From Ginglymostoma cirratum (Eukaryota), in the NCBI GenBank assembly GCA_024137785.1, contig JAHRHZ010000217.1, forward strand, positions 4,783,013 through 4,847,012: DNA of 64,000 bases. Direction: 5' to 3'. The position numbers and the translations under genes are program-made. Every line of letters starts with the position of its first letter. Position 1 is the first letter of the stretch. A model generated the notes under the pieces. It searched no databases and was not told the origin of the DNA. It saw only the letters and a list, made by a program, of their open reading frames with translations. This document shows, in pieces, positions 1-12,926 of the stretch.

Positions 1-190
1 ATCCATCCTCTATCCGCCTCCCCCTCTCTCCCTATTTATTTCAGAACCCTTTTCCCCTCCCCCATTTCTGATGAAGGGTTTAGGCCCGAAACATCAAGTT
101 TTCCTGCTCCTATGATGCTGCTTGACCTGCTGTGTTCATCCAGCCCCATGCTTGTTATCTCGGATTCTCCAGCATCTGCAGTACCTTTTA
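1..190 (+). mobile_element. Penelope-like element 3' end/pLTR with hammerhead core
   Basis: CTGATGA-AGGGTTTAGGCCC-GAAAC at ~68-92, then the shark PLE tail GATGCTGC..CCTGCTGTGTTCATCCAGC..TCCAGCATCTGCAG. Confidence 0.75.
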
Positions 191-569
191 TCATTGTCTT
201 CCATTTGTTGTCCCTTAAAGCAGGATAGAATAGGACAGCCATGAATGTTACATACACTCAATGAGAATAGCGAAGAGTTTATATGTTGCCAATTACAGCA
301 ACGACTTAGGTACAAAAATACCCAGGCACAGCTTTTTTTGTTACAAGATTTTAGAAAAGACAGAAATAAAATCTCCAGCATGATAGAAAAGAGTTCAGTA
401 CAGCAGACCACTTAGCTTCAAGTCCACATTGGGCCCTGGCATCCCTTTCCCTGGCACTGTCTTAAATTGAACAAGTCTGTTTGCAATCTGGGTGATTGTT
501 TGTTTGATCGTACAATGAGCTTCTAACACCTCTTTCATGCCAACACAAAGACTGCCTATTTCCACCTTT

Positions 570-1050
570 GTAATATTTCTCGACCATACCCCGACCATGA
601 ACTTGAGGTCATTCAAAACTCTGCTACGACATACATTAGTTCTCACTAAGTCCTGTTCTGCTTTCGCCCCTGTGTTCACACATCTGCACTGGCACCTGGT
701 AAAACAATATCCTGAATTTAAAATTCTCATTCTCATTTTCAAGTTCTTCGATGGGCTCGCCTGTTCTCTATCTCTGTAATCTCCTTGAGCCCCCAAAACC
801 TTATGTTCTACTGACGTCGCATTCCCAGTGATCATTGCTTGAACACTGGTGCCTTCAATTGCCTTAGAATTCATTTCCTATGCTTCTCTGCCTGTCACAT
901 TTTCTGCCTGCAATACATTCAATGAGACCGACCACTTTGATCAAACTTCAGTGGCTGGGTACCACACGTGGTTTCATAATAATCTTGTGAAGTGCCTTGG
1001 GTTATTTCATTATATAAAGGTGCTGTGTATTGTTGTTATTGTGTTGTCAG
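570..1050 (+). mobile_element. L2-clade LINE 3' fragment
   Basis: ORF 537-779 contains HLHWHLVKQYPEFKILILIFK (L2 ORF2 C-terminus LHWLPV..RI.FKIL). L2-type tail GTGAAGTGCCTTGGG..TAAAGGTGCT. Confidence 0.7.
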
Positions 1051-1739
1051 CCTTTGGGACCTTGATTCAGAGCTAGCTGGATTGAAAAGATGACTTTTTT
1101 CTCTCTGTCAGCTGCAATCTAGGCTCAAGAGAGATTATTTCACAACACCTATGACAAAAAAATCTGTTTGCTTCCCTTTTCGGATGTGATCTGGGATGTT
1201 CGTTTGGCCCATGCCTGCACCCATTGACGCAGGCAGTAATCAAATATGCGCAGCCTCTCGTTTTGCCTGTTTGTAGTGCAGAGTTGAGTAATGCTGCACC
1301 CATGCTGCAGCTTTTCTGCATGCTCAGTGAGGAGCCTAACAACTGCAAATGGTCCAGCTAACCTCTAGAAACAGTATATCCTTCTTAAAGAGGAGCTGCA
1401 TTGAATGAAAAGAAGCTGTTACTGACTGGCAACACTGCAAATAGCTTCAATTGGAAATCAAGCAAGTGGAACACTGGGATAGAGAGGATCACACAAGGAG
1501 TCATGGAGGTTAAGGGGAGGACGGACAGCATGGGTGAACTTTAACAAAGAGTCTGTGAGCAGGAAACATGGACAATGGGTGGATTAATTAGGCATGAACC
1601 AAAATGTCAAACCAAAACAATAGGCTTGAAAGCACCTCATTTCATTTGGAGAGTTTAGTGCTGTAGCTGTACTGTCAGCACTCCAGAGAGAGCCCAGTTT
1701 CATAGCCCCTTCTCCTCTCTGTGGGTCACAAATTGATCA

Positions 1740-2060
1740 TTTTTATCACAACATGTTAAAGCATCCAAGGTACCTTACATGAGTGTGATCACACAATTAC
1801 TAACTCCAAGACACATGAAAAAGATATCAGAAAATTTAACAAAATGTTTCGTCAAAAGAGCATCTTAAATGAGGAGAGGGAGGAGAGATGTGGAAAGATT
1901 AAGGGAAGGAATTCCAGACTTAAGGCCTAGGTAGTTAGAAGCACAAGCACTAATGTCAGAGTAAATAAAATTGGGAGTGCACACAAAAAGAAATTGGTGG
2001 AACATTGAGATCTTGAGTGTTTGTTGATCTGGAAGAGTTTGCAGAATTAGGGGGCAGTAA
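1740..2060 (-). mobile_element. Old L2-type 3' fragment
   Basis: Similar to the L2-type segments at 21200-22120 and 27190-27610 (GGAGGGAATTCCAGA..CCTAGG..GAAG motif). Confidence 0.5.
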
Positions 2061-3039
2061 TTTAAAGTAATATAGTGTTAGGTTTGCTGGTAGGGTTACT
2101 ATAAAACTTATAGATGTCTAAATGGGTTGGAGTTGAGTCACCAATTTCAGTAGAAGTCATTAGGAGAATACTCTGACATGGTAACACACAGAGATCAAAA
2201 GTTTCTTATCCAAGAAGCCAAAATTGCAAAATGTTCCATTCCATGAATGAGTTGACCTTTACGCTTTGGTTAATTGGAAAGGAAATATTTCTCTTGGAAC
2301 CATTGAGCTGCAATAGTTCCTGTAAGCTGGTGTCATCTACAGTTTACAAATAGTTCCTTTGCTCACGGCATACTCTTACTCGGTGTGAAGCTACTCTATC
2401 TGAATTACAAACAATTGATTCAAAAAGGAAGGCTGGATTTAGCTTTTAGGATTGGAGACACAAAATATTTCTTTTCAAAACAAATCTTTGTTAAATTGTG
2501 GTATGCTTATATGATTGATTAATGAAAATAGCTATTGGGATAGTCACAGCAGAGCCAAAAGTCACATTTCAAGTCTCCTGTGAAACAGATTTTAGAAGCA
2601 TAGAATGTGCTTTTCAGTGAATTTTTCACATACTGTGTACAGGGCTTCAGTGACACAATCCATAATCATGATTACTTTGGTTTCTATGTCTAAAAAGTTC
2701 AATTTTGCCAAATCTACATTTGTTTTTGTGCTAGTCTTCAGTTTGGCATTGATTCAGTGGAAGTGAACAAGAAAGATTAATGAAGTAAAGGTTTCTTCAG
2801 CCTTTGTATGATCAATCAGATCACCAGGCAAAATTTTTCTCCTTGCAATGAATCATCCCAGCTTGGGTAGAAATAGCTGTTTCACTCCAGCTCCACTGTG
2901 ACCAATGGTAATGTGGGCATGTTTTACTTCTTATGCCCAACATCCTAACTCCTGCACAAAAGCCAATGGGTGATATGCCCTTAACAACAGGTTAAAAGGC
3001 ATGAATATTTACTACGTTATCAGTTCAAAGCAGTTTCCC

Positions 3040-3240
3040 TGCCAAGCCTCACCTCCTCTCAGAAATATATTGGTATTCCTTCAATAACATGACATCAAAA
3101 GTCTGGCTGCTTATCTAACAACATGTTGGGCAGTTTACTAGACTGTGGCTCAAATAGACTCTTCCTCAAGGGCAATTAAGGATGGGCAATAAATGAGATG
3201 TGCTAGCGACATCCACATCCCAAGAATAAATTGAAACAAA
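3040..3240 (+). mobile_element. 3' end of CR1/L2-like LINE family with GGGCAATAAATG tail
   Basis: CTCAAGGGCAATTAAGGATGGGCAATAAATG..ACATCCCAAGAATAAA, shared with 54435-54485 and 62020-62090. Confidence 0.6.
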
Positions 3241-4769
3241 AGTTAACAGCCTCCAATGTTGAACATTTAGCTTTGATTAGTACCAGGCGTTTCTGCTCCT
3301 GGTTCCCTGAGTTCATTTAATTTATTTCCTCATGCTACAACTGATTTCTGCTAGAAGCAGCATTGGCCCTTATAATGATCCCATTTGACTTTTTTGACCA
3401 GAAAATCTTTGGGCCATATACCTATCAGTACTCCCATTAATGGATCAGGACCAATTTAGGCTATAATGAGTGACCCAAGTAAGTTTTATACTGGACCCAG
3501 AGGATGGTTGTTTAAAATTCAATTTGATAGTGTTTTAATGGCCTAGAGGTCTGCTCTATAAGCATATGGCTGGTTAGTTGAATCACCATGCAGAATTGAA
3601 AAGGGAACAATCATTGTACGGCTGTTGAAATTCTAAGCACATTCTCAGAATGACAAGCTTTATCAAGGAATGATTGTCTGCCCATTGTATTCAAGATAAT
3701 TTGATTAATAATTCTACTAAATAAATATGTGGTCACATTTTCCAGGAGTGCAGATGTCCGTGGTCATAATGATCACACCACATGTTCGCATTTGTAACGT
3801 TGTAACAAACTTATATTCCAGGCCTTTCATAATCACTGACATTTTCTCCTGTCGTGGTCAAAGTTCCATTCCAGTCAAGAAAGGGAGAGAAATGATGATA
3901 CCACAAATCTTTAATTTGATCTATTTTTCTGCAGTTCTGATGAATATGTATAATAACAATAACCGGACCAGAGACTCAAGCAGGATTCGAAAGATGTGAC
4001 AGAAAATAAAAGCATGTCCAACAATTCAAAGACTTTTAACAATGGTTTTCTGTAATGAATCATTGCAGGAAACTATATGTCAAGAGCGCTGTTTTTAGAT
4101 CTTTCTGGTAACATTGCTGTAAACAGATTGTGATTTTCTCTCTTAGATACACAGATTGTTGTTTTTAATCAGTAAAATTCATGCTGTAAGCTGTAAGTGT
4201 AAAGGTGACTGCAGACCAGTGTATAGAAAAAATGGTTTTGCTTATATATCAAATTAAAATGTGCTTCTAGTCAGAATAATCATTGCTGCCAAATAAAGGT
4301 TTATTACGTTCATTGAAAATAATTGCCATCTTATTAATATTTCTTTTAAAAAAAGTAATGTTAATTTTAGATTAAAGATATATATATATATTATATATAT
4401 CTTTAATGTATATGCTTTATGGTGATAAAATTTGTTGACTGGTTACATTCTCACTTTGGAGTGACACTGACAAAGAGTGTTAGCCAAGTACTTTTGGAAT
4501 CTGCCTGATTTTGCAACAATTCTTTCAAATAGATGAAAGATCAAGCTCTACAATTTCCCAACTTAATGTCCTTTCAGATGCATTGCTAAATACCTTGAGG
4601 ATACGAATGGGAATGCATATAAAATCACCCACTGCTGTAACTTTGATGGGAAACCAAATGAAGGCCCTTATCCAATCAAGGTTTGTAGCAATCTTCTATC
4701 AACATCATGGTGGACAGTAAAAAAAACGCCAAGGAACTTTCTAATAAGAGCTCCATGGGTCACATGTAG

Positions 4770-5045
4770 TACATAGAACTGTACAGCGCAGGAATGGGAC
4801 CTCCAGTCTATGATGTTCTGCCGAACTTGACACCAAATGAAGCCAATCCCTTCTGCTTGGCATTTGTCCATATTCCTCCATTCTTTGCATTTTCATGTGC
4901 TTCACCCCTGGGAATGCATTTCACACTCATAACACTCTGTGTAAAAAACTTGCCCCTCATGTCTCCTTTGAACTTTCCCTCTCTAACCTTAAATGCATGC
5001 TCCCTAGTATTACACATTTTAACTCTGGGAAAAGAATTTTGACCA
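4770..5045 (-). mobile_element. CR1 (HER1-like) LINE 3' fragment
   Basis: ORF 4808-5083 TREHAFKVREGKFKGDMRGKFFTQSV is the CR1 ORF2 C-terminus. Confidence 0.8.
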
Positions 5046-5456
5046 TTGTAGAAGACACATTTCATCAAAGCTTTTGCACTCATCAGGCTATATATGTGGT
5101 CTTGCTATTTATGTGGTCTTTATGGACACAATGAGGTCCACTAGCTCCCACATCATGCAGATACAACATATTGCCTGGCCTTTTACCTCTATTTTGTTTA
5201 CTTAGTTCTTAATTTGTATTTTTAAAAAAATTCCCGCCTGGTTCTTTAGTAGGTCATTTGTAAATATTCCTCCTATTAACTTCAGTCTGAAAGTAATCTA
5301 TAATAGATACTCAGATTAGTAGTTTTTGCCAATGAACTTATGGTTTTCCCGTGATGTTGTTCTTTGCAATGTGTTGGGCCCCCAATCCTTCTTTATTTCA
5401 GCTTATCCTATTAAGAAAAAAACATTACAAACTATAAGCCAAAAAAGCAAGTAAAG

Positions 5457-5551
5457 TTCTGAAGAAGGGTCTAGGCCTGAAACGTCAGCCTTCCCGCTCC
5501 TCTGATGCTGCTTGGCCTGCTGTGTTCATCCAGCTCTACACCTTGTTATCT
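5457..5551 (+). mobile_element. Penelope-like fragment with intact hammerhead core
   Basis: CTGAAGA-AGGGTCTAGGCCT-GAAACGTC. Confidence 0.75.
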
Positions 5552-5832
5552 AAGAAAACACCTTTTCCCTTCTCCAAATCAGGATGATGAGACTGGAACT
5601 TTTAGGTGGTGATGTTACCATGTATCTGCACCCTTAACTTCGAAATAGTCATGGCTTTGGAAGGTGCCGTCTAAGGACCCTTGGTGAATTTCTGCAGTGC
5701 ATTTTTAGATAGTGGAGGAAACAGATGTTCGTCAATTAAGCTTTGCATAGTCAGGAAGAATAGATTACATCAGAAGTGAGGCACAGGTCCAGTGAGTATA
5801 TAATTCGGTGGACTTTGGAAGCAGTTTGGGAA

Positions 5833-6130
5833 TTCAGTACAGGCCCTTCAGCTCACGATGTTGTGCTGACCTATCACTCTACCAAGATCAATTTACCCTG
5901 CATACCCTACATTTTACTAACCTCTATGTGCCTATCCAAGAATTGCTTAGAAATCCCTAAAGTATCTGACTCCACTATCACTGCCGGCAGCACATTCCAC
6001 ACACCCACCACTCTCTGTGTGAAGAACTTACCTCTGACATCTCTCCCATAACTTCCTCCATTCACCTGAAAATTACACCCCCTCGTAATAGTCATTTCCG
6101 CACTGGGGAAACGTCTCTGACTATCCATCT
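5833..6130 (-). mobile_element. CR1 LINE 3' fragment
   Basis: ORF 5907-6128 RGKFFTQRVVGVWNVLP..FLDRH. Confidence 0.85.
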
Positions 6131-6574
6131 CTGACTATTTAATTCTTTACTCTTACTTTTACTCACACTCCCAACCATCAAATCTACTCTGGTTAAGGCT
6201 ATAATTTCCAATTATATTCCTGTCCTTTTTGTGTTTGACAGATATACTCTATATAGTGCTCCTTTAGTGGGGAAAAAAAACATCAGCAGATTGGGGTTCC
6301 AGCCTCGGTGACAATCAGAATATAAAGGCAATGACGCTACTTCCTCACTCTCATGAGTTTGAGGCTGGTCTGGTGTGAGCAACAACATCTGTAGATCCAT
6401 GGTTTAAAAAAAAATGATCATTTGTTAAATAGCAAACAAATGGTCACACATACTTCAACTGATGTCATTCTATGTAGGTGTAAGTTCCTGTATTGCCAGG
6501 AAAAAGTGGGATCTCATCACTGTGAATAAAAAAAAGACTTTGAAATTCGGCCTAAGAAACCATGATCTTATTGT

Positions 6575-6900
6575 GGGCATGGTGGCTCAGTGGTTAACAC
6601 TGCTGCCACACAGTGCCAGGGACCTGGGTTTAATTTCACCCTCAGTTGACTGTCTGTATGGAGTTTACACATTCTCCCAGTGTCTGTGTGGGTTTCCTGC
6701 GGGTGTCCAGGTTCGGTGGATTGGCCATGCTAAATTGTCCATAGTGTTCAGGGATGTGCAGATTAGGTAAATTTGCCATGGGCAATGCAGGGTTATAGGG
6801 GTAGTGTAGGGGTCTGGATCTGGATGGGATGGTGACCAGGGGGTCGGTGTGCACTCGGTGGGCTGAATGGCATGCTGCCATGCTATAGGAATTCTGTGAT
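6575..6900 (+). mobile_element. HE1-type tRNA-derived SINE
   Basis: GGTGGCTCAGTGGTTA A-box and GGGTTTAATTTC B-box head, V-SINE core TCTCCC.GTGTCTG.GTGGGTTTCC, GGTGGATTGGCCATGCTAAATTG. Confidence 0.85.
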
Positions 6901-8817
6901 CCTTATGGATGGCAGAGCAGGTTTCAGCAGCTAAATGGCTTACTTCTGTTCCTAATTTGTATGTTCGTACATAATGTTTAATTACCTTTTGATAGGCGTG
7001 TTTCTAAGGTTTGAAGATTTTCTGAGATAGTATCAAATTTATCTTAATGTTCTTTGCTGACTGTAGTAAGTTTATTACGAAACTCTAAGATTTATTTTTG
7101 CTAGATTGAAGATCCTATTCAAACTTCATAAACAGAGAGGTCCCAGATATTATGGCCACCTTGCTACACATGGGGAATTCTGAAGCTTTGTTGATACTCA
7201 CTTGTGAATGAATTTCTCTAATTTTCTCTTGAGTCGTTGTCCCTAAGGTGTACACAATGTTTTGTTCTTCCTCCACAAAATCATAAGCAGCATTATCTGG
7301 GTACCAGAATTCGTTTAGTCATCTATTATATTTATTAACCCCCTCAATGTCTTTTAGCCTTAAGACACTTGGAGACTGCTGTGATCTGTTCTTCAGCTCT
7401 TGTTCTGCTAATCTAGTTCTGTAATTGTCTCTCTCCTGGCACTCATGGCCCTCCATAATTGTTGATGGACAAAACCTCAGCCAATGGTATCCTGTAATAG
7501 CAGCCACTATATCCTGTTTGTTCCTGTGCTTTTTCCTATCAGACTTCCTGGGTGCTCTTTCCATTTCTTGTTTTTGGCTGTTTTTAGTGTAGCTGTCATC
7601 TAGCATTTATAGGACAGCTGAGGGATTCTGTAGGCTTGTATGGTTCATTACTCAATGGCTTACCTCTAGAGTTCGTCACACTACAGGTATTAGGATTTCT
7701 CTATGCCAATTTCGTCTTATAGTATTAAAGTGCCTTGTTAACTGACACATCCCTGTGCCCTGCTGGGCTGCAGGCCTTTCTCATATGCTCATCATGAGTT
7801 TACTGAGTCCAGAGACTGTTTCCCTGAGAATACATTCCTGCTACCTGACTGGTGTATGTTTCTGTGTTCCTGGTCAGGACTTCTTCCAGGAGGCTCCTTT
7901 TCTCCTCTTTCTGAGTATTGCTTGGGCATTCTGCATCCTTATGCCATTGAAAAAGCAGGTCTACAGTCAAATAAGTGAACATTAACAGGTTTAATGAAAC
8001 ATAATCATCTAAAAGAATGAATAAGAGAGAATTTGCCTGAGAGATAACATATTCAGGTCCTGCATCTGTATCTTGTCTGACATCATCATGACACAATATA
8101 TTTTGCACATCATCAGTAGATATTCTTGGAATAAAGATAGCATTAACCTTGTACTTCACCAGCTGAGAGAAAAAAAATCTTACTTTTGAGATGGGCTCAT
8201 ACTTCTGAGTATGACCTCTTCAGTTTCATTTTTGAATTATTAGGGAAAAGTCAGAAGTTACCCTTATTAATGCACCTCTGAGTCACCAAAGCCACCAAGA
8301 TTACTAATGCATGCATTCACTCTTCAAAATTGTCATTGTAACAGTCTCCAACAATGCTATCACTTATCTTGGACAACCCTTGTTCTTTTAGAATGTTCCG
8401 GTAGAATGAAACTGGCATAGAAAGATCCCAATATGTGCCTCTAATAACTTAACAGTGATCTCAGCAGGTGACGATGGAAAGGGGCTGAGTTAAGTTAGTT
8501 TTCCACTTTCCACTTCTTATTCTCTGAAAGCACGAGACCATCAATTTTACAATCACATGTTATTATATGAATATAATGCAATTTATTTATGCGAGAACAC
8601 TATTTGACAAAAGCTTTGGAGATATTAACAAGACTCCAGGCAAATAGCCAAGGGTGGCAAAGGTTGCAGAATAGACTGGGAGCTATGGTATTTAAAACAA
8701 AATGAGTAGAACACGTTGGGGATGCAGACCGTTTCAATTAGCAGACGTAACTGCTAAATGCAACAAAACTGGCATTTTATATTCATTAACAATTGTGCCT
8801 GAGCAAGGCACCGTTAT

Positions 8818-9050
8818 GAGCAGAATCTTGCACCCTCCCACCATAGCGAGTGGGAAATGCTTAATCAGGTGGAAAGCTTGTGGTTGGGGACTCCTGCCAC
8901 ATCTCCACCTTCACCTCTGAACTATCCATGGCAGGAAGGCCATGTTTATGGGTCCCTTAATTGCCCACTTAATGACTTCATTTGGCAGCACTGTGGGGCA
9001 TACCAGCCGACTGCCAATCCCACTACAGGAGAGGGCATAAAATTCTGCCC
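8818..9050. mobile_element. Harbinger-type MITE
   Basis: Imperfect TIRs GAGCAGAATCTTGCACCCTC / GAGGGCATAAAATTCTGCCC, flanked by a 3-bp duplication TAT. Confidence 0.7.
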
Positions 9051-10770
9051 TATGTGTGCAAAGTGTCCTGATAACCATCATAAGAATTTATTAAAGCATT
9101 TCAGTAAATATTACTAGGCTGTTTAAGAAATTGGCTTTGCTAATCTCATAGCTAGTGTGTAATATACCTTTAAGGGACGAGCACGATATCAGCATTTTAT
9201 CATAGCATGTGACCTGATTCTATTAATGCCCCCAGCTCCATCTTACTGAATCCTGTGCAGTATAACACACTGACGGAAGCATGTCAGAGTTTACATCGAA
9301 ATTGCTAGGCTTGAGCCCAGGCAGGCAAGTGCCTGTGATTACAACATATATACATGCAGGAAACTGTATTAAAAGTCTGTTGAATCCTTACACTCATCTC
9401 ATTCTTATGGGAGCTAACATAATTATTACCTCATCAGGTACAAATATCCTTCTGAAAGTAAAAAGCCCATCATTGTATCTGTTCCAGATAGTGAGGGCAG
9501 AAGTGATTTAAATTAACAGCAGTGGGTGTCTACAAAGAAACAACTTCCAGTTACCAAATTACACACATCATTGCGAGCATTGCTTAAACCCTGTGAAAGC
9601 CATGACGTTTAAATTAAATGTCGTAATTCACAAGATAAGCAGACATAACATATAAATGCAATCTGCAACTCCAGAGGATAGCATTCACTTTATTTTGCAA
9701 ATATTTAAGTACATTTAATTTCTATGTTGCCTTTCAATTTATATTACATTATTACTTTAATTCCTTTCCTTTTATATTGGCTACCTTCAGATCCTAAGCA
9801 ACATTTCTTGACCGAGAAAGCAGTTAGCCTTTAAGGCCTTTAGTTCCTTCGACCTAATGATATCAAAAGTATGATAATGATGTGTGAGGCACCCTTAGAT
9901 TCTGTAATACCTTTGTAGCAGAGAAATCCATCTCACTTTGTTTCCATCACAAAGCGCCTACCTAAAATAAAAAAAAATACTGAACTAGATTATTTTCTTC
10001 ACTACCTGAGCAGTAATCTGGAGCTATGGATTGCCTGCCTGCCTCTCAAAGAATGCGTTCAATCTTATTGGAATCAATTGTACAAAAGTCAAATGACTTC
10101 TATATCAGGACAATCACTTTGCATGATATCTGCCCAGTGCTGCGAAAATGAGAATTTATTCCGCTATGTTGGGAGATATTTGTCATCAAACCTTCTTGAA
10201 GTGATAAGACACATTTAAATATCAAAATGCTTTGTGACCCTCAAAACATTGATTGTTTAACTATTCTTAACATAATCTATTTGGCAAGATTGACTTCAAT
10301 CCACTTCGATTTAACTTCTTGGGCAATAAATGTATTGCCTGCCTGGAATTTAGTCTTTAGACCATAAAGTTCTCAGATTTGTTTTCTGTTCCTTGATTAA
10401 GTTGACAGATCTATAGGTGGTAATGAAGAGTCACAGCTGATGCCCAGAAGTTTTCAGCTTGAGAAAGCAAATATTAGGTAAAACTGAAAAAAACCTGATT
10501 ATTATTTGTAATATGTGCCCATGCAAGGATAGTGACAGTTAGATTGTGGTGCCTTACATGGTCATATAGTCTAATAACGCTTCCAAACTAGCCGTTCTTA
10601 AAATCTGTCAAAGGGATCATTATGCAGGTGAAGATTACTACTTGTTAAAATCAGATATTAGCACATTATTATCGACACTTAACAGCAACAAAATAACTAC
10701 TGTTCAGAATTTCATTTATGTTATTAATAGCTTGGCAGAAGACCAGTTGATTTTGATCGTGTGATATATT

Positions 10771-10908
10771 TGCACGGAGTCTTCCCAGAAACTGCAGTAT
10801 ATTTGTCACAAGATTCCAACGTAAGTGATTGGGCTGACAGCCTCTCATTGTAAGGGAGGGCTCCATGATGACAGGAAGACTGATTTGATCTCCAATACTT
10901 GAAGGGAC
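10771..10908 (-). pseudogene. DIAPH-like terminal exon remnant
   Basis: VLE/RSNQSSCHHGAL resembles DIAPH2 PLERSRSRHNGAI. VTNILQFLGRLRA resembles the DIAPH3 C-terminus VPEVEALLARLRAL. Confidence 0.5.
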
Positions 10909-11560
10909 CTACCATGCAACTTGATAGTATATAGATTGGCACTGCTTGTGTTGCTGCTCTTCCATTAATTCAAATTGCATTTGGTACAGGATAAACAATG
11001 CTTGTCCACATAATGAAGATGTTGCCCAGAGTGAACACAATTTTCCATTACAGACATATAAATGTCAATGAGTCTGAATGCAGCCGTCAGAACAACGTTC
11101 AAATACACTGAATTTAGCTAGAGAGGATTGCCAGCTTATAAACAGCCCCATTAAAATGATAGGCATGGGCTTATGTAGTTGCAATAAACAAAAACTGGTC
11201 ATCATTGTGCCTTTGCTCATTTATATAAATTTGTCCTTATTCTACACAATTAAAAAAAAACTTAGAATAATAGCTTTTTAAAAACATTGATGATCATGTC
11301 CGGAAAGTTAATTATCTCTTATAGTATCCTGGTTCTAAGAAATACCACTCCAACAGGACTTTCCTTTAGCCTTCTGTAATGAAGTGACATTGATTATATA
11401 AACACATTTTGACAGGAAAAAGTTCTGACTTGAGGGTATCACTGATGGAATGAATATCATAAAGTTCTTCTGTCACAATTGTTAAATGCAAAACGACATC
11501 TCACGCTACATGCTGAACTAAACAGGCTCATCATACTTCCCTTGGTAACAGTGGCTTTCA

Positions 11561-11695
<135 letters not shown>

Positions 11696-12627
11696 TCAGC
11701 TACCACCAGTGATGATTAAAATATAATAATCCTGCATCACCCAATAGCTAAAACACAGTGAGGCATCAATCTTTTCCCATTCAGTAACTAAAATTTGCAC
11801 TTTCAGACAACAGTGCATCAATAAGAAAGTTTTTAAAATGGAAGAATTTTTTCTTAAAACGTTCCTTTGAATTAAAAAGTGAGAAAAATGTTAGGATTAA
11901 TTACAGTGTATTTTTCAGATCCTTATACAAGGTAAGGACACCTTACATTGTAAGGTGTCATACATTATAATAAGATCAATTAAAATTAGCCTTATATCTT
12001 ATATCTGCCTTATATCTTTCAACTTTTTTAATAATGTCCAATGTATCAGGAAATTATTTTGTGATGCAGTTTATACTATTCTGATATAAACAATAAATAC
12101 CCTAACTTTAATACTAAACATGCAAATCTGATCATATCCAAAATTTGCTTTAATATCATAAATGTGGTTTGAATGTCAATAGATGATTAGATTTTTTTTT
12201 TCAAAACTGTTCCATTCTGTGGTGCATGCAGATGTAAACTATGTTATGACATGAAATTTCACAAGTAGTAGCTTTTGTCTTCCTTTTCTTTTGTTTCCTT
12301 TTATGTGTTAACGATACCTTTGTGATAACATCTAGGCCAATGACATTTTCATCATAACCTCATGAATACAGCTACAATGGGTTTCTCCTGAGAATTCCTT
12401 TGTCTTTGTGGTTTATGGAGGAAGAAGAGTGAACAAAACAGAGATGTAAGCCAGATATGCCAGAGCCTTCAAGCAATCAGTATATGCATGTTGATATTTT
12501 CAGGCTGAGATGCTTTTGCCCATCATGTCGGAAGAGTACTATGTGTATAGCTTGTGATTTACAACAGGAGTCATGACTGAATTGCATTGTATCCTACCAT
12601 GCAATCACATAAAGTCTCAGGAATTCA

Positions 12628-12926
12628 GGGCAGCACAGTGGCTCAGTGGTTAGTACTGCTGCCTCCCAGTGCCAGGGACCTGGGTTCAATTCCAGCCTCA
12701 GGTGACTATATGTGTGGAGTTTGCACACTCTGCCTGTGTCTGCATGGGTTTCCCTCAGGTGCTCTGCTTTCCTCTCACAGTTCAAAGATGTGCAGGCTGG
12801 GTGGATTTGCTGTGCTATATTGCCTGTCGTATTCAGGGATATACAGGTTAGGTGGGTGGGATGCTCTAAAGGTCAGTGTGGACTTGTTGGGCCAAAAGGT
12901 CTGTTTCCACATTGCAAGGATTCTAT
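12628..12926 (+). mobile_element. HE1-type SINE
   Basis: Same head, core and tail as 25353-25670. Confidence 0.85.
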
